A DNA stretch of 64,000 nt from contig CDROCS010001209.1 in the NCBI GenBank assembly GCA_977020255.1, positions 186,001 to 250,000 of the forward strand. The letters are read 5' to 3'. This DNA is from Obrimoposthia wandeli (lineage: Eukaryota). Positions 60,401-64,000 of this stretch are shown here, one piece after another; positions within the stretch are counted from its first letter, which is position 1, and every line of letters begins with the position of its first letter. A program made the position numbers and the translations under genes. The notes beneath the pieces are model-generated. The model was given only the letters and a program-made list of their open reading frames with translations, ran no database searches and was not told where the DNA came from.

Positions 60401-62677
60401 TTATAGAGATGCAGTGAAAGTACGCGCGATTACGTCTTTTTGCTGTTCAGTTGTTAGAGAGTTAAAACGCACTGCGTAACCCGATACACGGATAGTTAGC
60501 TGTGGGTAGTTCTCTGGGTGCTCAACTGCATCAAGAAGCGTTTCACGGTTTAATACGTTAACGTTCAAGTGCTGACCGCCTTCGATGCCTGATTCATGGT
60601 GGAAGTAACCATCCATAAGACCTGCAAGGTTAGCTTTTTGAGTATCTAATTCTTTACCTAGCGCGTTTGGCACGATAGAGAATGTGTAAGAGATACCATC
60701 TTTTGCATCAGCAAACGGTAGTTTACCTACAGATGTTAGAGAGGCTACAGCACCTTTCTCATCACGACCGTGCATTGGGTTTGCACCTGGTGCGAAAGGA
60801 GCGCCAGCACGACGACCATCTGGAGTGTTACCCGTCTTCTTACCGTATACAACGTTAGATGTAATAGTAAGGATTGACTGAGTAGGGATAGCATCACGGT
60901 ACATTTTCAACTTACGGATTTTGCCCATAAATGTTGAAACTAGTTCACAAGCGATATCATCTACACGTGAATCGTTGTTACCGAATTTAGGGTAATCACC
61001 TTCGATTTCGAAGTCGATAGAAATACCGTCTTCGTCACGGATAGGCTTAACTTTTGCGTACTTAATAGCAGACAGTGAGTCAGCTGCAACAGAAAGACCA
61101 GCAATACCACAAGCCATTGTACGACGAACGTCACGATCGTGAAGCGCCATTAGTGAAGCTTCGTAGCTGTACTTGTCGTGGCTGTAGTGAATGCTGTTTA
61201 GCGCAGTCACGTATTGTGTTGCTAACCAATCCATGAAGTGATCTAGACGAGCCATCACATCAGCGTAGTCTAGAACTGCGTCAGTTACTGGTGCAGTCTT
61301 AGGACCGATTTGGATTTTAAGCTTCTCATCAACGCCGCCGTTGATAGAGTAAAGCATTGTTTTAGCAAGGTTAGCACGTGCACCGAAGAACTGCATTTGC
61401 TTACCAACAATCATTGGAGATACACAACAAGCGATTGCGTAGTCATCTGAGTCCATGTCTGGACGCATTAGATCATCGTTTTCGTACTGGATAGAAGAAG
61501 TATCGATAGATACTTTCGCACAGAAACGCTTGAAACCGTCAGGTAGCTGCTCAGACCAAAGAACAGTGATGTTCGGCTCTGGAGAAGGACCCATAGTGTA
61601 TAGGCTGTTTAGGAAACGGAAGTTTGAACGCGTAACTAATGTACGACCATCAATACCCATACCACCCATTGATTCTGTTGCCCAGATTGGGTCACCAGAG
61701 AATAGCTCATCGTATTCAGGCGTACGTAGGAAACGAACCATACGTAGCTTCATTACGAAGTGGTCAATCATTTCTTGTGCTTGAACTTCCGTGATTACGC
61801 CAGCAGCGATATCACGCTCAATGTATACATCTAGGAACGTAGAAGTACGGCCTAGAGACATTGCAGCACCGTTCTGTGATTTAACAGCAGCTAGGTAGCC
61901 GAAGTAAGTCCACTGAATTGCTTCTTGTGCAGTTGTAGCAGGACCAGAAATATCGTAGCCGTATTTAGCTGCCATAGTTTTGATCTGACCTAGAGCACGG
62001 TGTTGCTCTGCAATTTCTTCACGAAGTTGCATTGTCATTTGAAGATCTTCGCCTAACTCGAAACGCTCTTGTAGAGACGTAAACTGGGCGAACTTGTCTT
62101 TCATTAGACGATCGATACCGTATAGTGCTACACGACGGTAATCACCAATGATACGGCCACGACCGTATGCATCTGGAAGACCAGTCAATACACCAGACTT
62201 ACGACATTTCATGATGTCAGGCGTGTAAATATCGAATACACACTGGTTGTGTGTTTTACGGTATTCAGTAAAGATTTTAGAAACTTCAGGATCTAGTTCG
62301 CGATCGTACGCTTTACAAGAACCTTCAACCATACGGATACCACCGTTAGGGATGATAGCGCGCTTTAGTGGAGCTTCAGTTTGAAGACCAACAATCGTTT
62401 CAAGATCTTTGTTGATGTAACCTGCATCGTGTGCAGTGATAGTAGAAATAACTGAAGTATCGAAGTCAACAGGCGCGTGAGTGCTGTTTTCCTGCTTGAT
62501 ACCTACCATTACTTGTTCCCAAAGCTTTGCCGTTGCTGGCGTTGCTTCAGATTCTAGGAAAGACTCGTCACCGACATACGGTGTGTAGTTCTTTTGGATG
62601 AAATCACGAACGTTTACATCGTTCTGCCATTCGCCTGCAGCGAAACCTTCCCAAGCTTTAGCAAATTGCTCTGCCAT
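60401..62677 (-). CDS. pflB: Pyruvate formate-lyase (glycyl radical enzyme)
   Basis: IACCVS active-site Cys pair; TIRVSGYAV glycyl radical motif. Confidence 0.98.
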   Translation of the reverse strand: MAEQFAKAWEGFAAGEWQNDVNVRDFIQKNYTPYVGDESFLESEATPATAKLWEQVMVGIKQENSTHAPVDFDTSVISTITAHDAGYINKDLETIVGLQTEAPLKRAIIPNGGIRMVEGSCKAYDRELDPEVSKIFTEYRKTHNQCVFDIYTPDIMKCRKSGVLTGLPDAYGRGRIIGDYRRVALYGIDRLMKDKFAQFTSLQERFELGEDLQMTMQLREEIAEQHRALGQIKTMAAKYGYDISGPATTAQEAIQWTYFGYLAAVKSQNGAAMSLGRTSTFLDVYIERDIAAGVITEVQAQEMIDHFVMKLRMVRFLRTPEYDELFSGDPIWATESMGGMGIDGRTLVTRSNFRFLNSLYTMGPSPEPNITVLWSEQLPDGFKRFCAKVSIDTSSIQYENDDLMRPDMDSDDYAIACCVSPMIVGKQMQFFGARANLAKTMLYSINGGVDEKLKIQIGPKTAPVTDAVLDYADVMARLDHFMDWLATQYVTALNSIHYSHDKYSYEASLMALHDRDVRRTMACGIAGLSVAADSLSAIKYAKVKPIRDEDGISIDFEIEGDYPKFGNNDSRVDDIACELVSTFMGKIRKLKMYRDAIPTQSILTITSNVVYGKKTGNTPDGRRAGAPFAPGANPMHGRDEKGAVASLTSVGKLPFADAKDGISYTFSIVPNALGKELDTQKANLAGLMDGYFHHESGIEGGQHLNVNVLNRETLLDAVEHPENYPQLTIRVSGYAVRFNSLTTEQQKDVIARTFTASL

Positions 62678-62751
62678 GTTATACCTACCTATATTTGTAT
62701 TCCGAAGAAAAAATAATCGTTATTACCGTATTCTAGAGTGTAAGTGTTAAC

Positions 62752-63624
62752 CTACTTTTTCAGCTCTGGACGACGGTGGATAATCCAATAAGTCATGCCA
62801 ACCAAGAAACCACCGCCAATGATATTACCAATGGTGACTGGAATCAGGTTGTTGAAGATAAAGTTACTTATCGTTAAATCTGTGAATTGCGATGGGTCAA
62901 CGCCTGTTACAGCCCAGAATTCAGGACTAGCAAACGCGTGAATTACAATGCCCATCGGAATCATAAACATGTTAGCAATGCTGTGTTCAAAACCACTAGC
63001 TACAAACATAGCAACTGGTAGCAGCATTACCATAATTTTATCAGTAGCGGTACGACAAGAGAATGTCATCCACGTCGCCAAACAAACCATTAGGTTACAT
63101 AACATACCTAATACGACGGCTTGTGCGAAATTATGGTGCAATTTATGCTGTGCAATTTTCATTGCATTGATGCCCCATTGACCACCGGCTGTCATGTGTT
63201 GTTGAGCAACCCAAATCAATGCAACAAAGAATAAAGCACCAATCATATTACCAAAGTAAACCACGACCCAGTTGCGTAATAACTGTGAGGTTGTAATACG
63301 ACTGCTTGCGCGAGCAACGGTGGTTAATACCGATGACGTAAATAACTCACCGCCACAGATAACCACTAAAATTAGACCAAGGCTAAAAGCCAAACCACCA
63401 ATGAATTTTGACATGCCATAAGGCATATCGCCAGCACCCGTTGTCACTGTGGTGTAAAACACAAAAGCGATTGAAATAAATACGCCAGCGGTAATCGCTA
63501 GAAAGAAAGATTGAAGTGGGTTTTTTGTTGCTTTATAAACGCCAACTTCTTCTGCTTTGTGTGCCATATCTGGTGGCATCAGTGCATCAAAAGGATTATT
63601 TTCTGTCTTCACGAAAGTGCTCAT
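62752..63624 (-). CDS. focA: Formate channel (FNT family)
   Basis: GGELFTS, CNLMVCLA, GFEHSIANM, GNIIGG; upstream of pflB. Confidence 0.95.
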   Translation of the reverse strand: MSTFVKTENNPFDALMPPDMAHKAEEVGVYKATKNPLQSFFLAITAGVFISIAFVFYTTVTTGAGDMPYGMSKFIGGLAFSLGLILVVICGGELFTSSVLTTVARASSRITTSQLLRNWVVVYFGNMIGALFFVALIWVAQQHMTAGGQWGINAMKIAQHKLHHNFAQAVVLGMLCNLMVCLATWMTFSCRTATDKIMVMLLPVAMFVASGFEHSIANMFMIPMGIVIHAFASPEFWAVTGVDPSQFTDLTISNFIFNNLIPVTIGNIIGGGFLVGMTYWIIHRRPELKK

Positions 63625-63676
63625 TTGGGTTTGATTTTGGCTGGAAATATAATACCAAAGGATAGGCTTTAAAAAT

Positions 63677-63690
63677 TTGATGTAGATCAT
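63677..63690. promoter_or_regulatory. FNR box for focA-pflB
   Basis: TTGAT-GTAG-ATCAT, one mismatch to the consensus, 53 bp before the probable focA start. Confidence 0.65.
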
Positions 63691-64000
63691 AGCGGTGAAA
63701 ATTTATAACGGTATAAGTCATGTTATTATACATCATACAAACGTAACACTATGAAATATAAGGATATAATTTTATTTGATGAAACCAAAAAAAATTTTAA
63801 TGTAATTTTATTTCATAATGTAAGACTGTTTTTGTTTTTGATTTTATTCTGTTTATTTTCAATGCTTTATGTGATTTTGTGTGCAATGGTTTAGAGTGAT
63901 GTAGATGCTTTAAATTATGATAAATACCAAACTGATTATCGTCATTTTGCTGAAAACGAGAGATACCATCGAACTTAGCGCATGGATAATGGCAAATATG

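Noticed and set aside
12243-63181. Many 60-160 aa ORFs antisense to or overlapping pta, ackA, the ABC genes, yhfT, the PTS genes, fhs, tct, pflB and focA
   Set aside because: Expected shadow ORFs opposite well-supported genes; no motifs or RBS
1-64000. rRNA, tRNA, prophage or known riboswitch
   Set aside because: None recognised by eye; a tRNAscan-SE/Infernal run would be needed to exclude small RNAs

Overview
Chromosomal segment of a marine Vibrionaceae bacterium, most like Photobacterium (inferred from gene content and order). The conserved backbone is largely fermentative/anaerobic metabolism and transport: ybbAP, yfcH, a DUF1538-DUF1538-PII-like-CBS operon, yfcE, ackA-pta, yfbV, an ABC importer, rlmA, a porin, yfbU, fhs (with a perfect PurR-type box), a CitAB-like two-component pair, an ECF sigma/anti-sigma pair, LysR/DJ-1/ADH, tctCBA and focA-pflB-(X)-pflA. 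Two accessory regions stand out. (1) 7.2-11.6 kb is a polymorphic toxin-like array. One full-length 325-aa ORF ending in a colicin-like hydrophobic hairpin is coupled to a 2-TM partner gene. It is followed by three headless variant C-terminal 'tips', each with its own variant partner gene. A 68-bp exact repeat could swap tips by recombination, and a decayed IS1595-family element (8-bp TSD) interrupts the last partner gene. (2) ~24.6-43.6 kb is a metabolic island with two diverged copies of the yhfZ-(Y)-php-U-T cluster whose defects are complementary, plus yhfXW, a Lac/Cel-family PTS with no glycosidase, and pgtCBA with no pgtP. Five members of a modular, nested ERIC-like miniature inverted-repeat family are scattered through the intergenic DNA. 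No rRNA, tRNA or CRISPR array was seen. All family assignments come from recognising motifs by eye; no searches were run.
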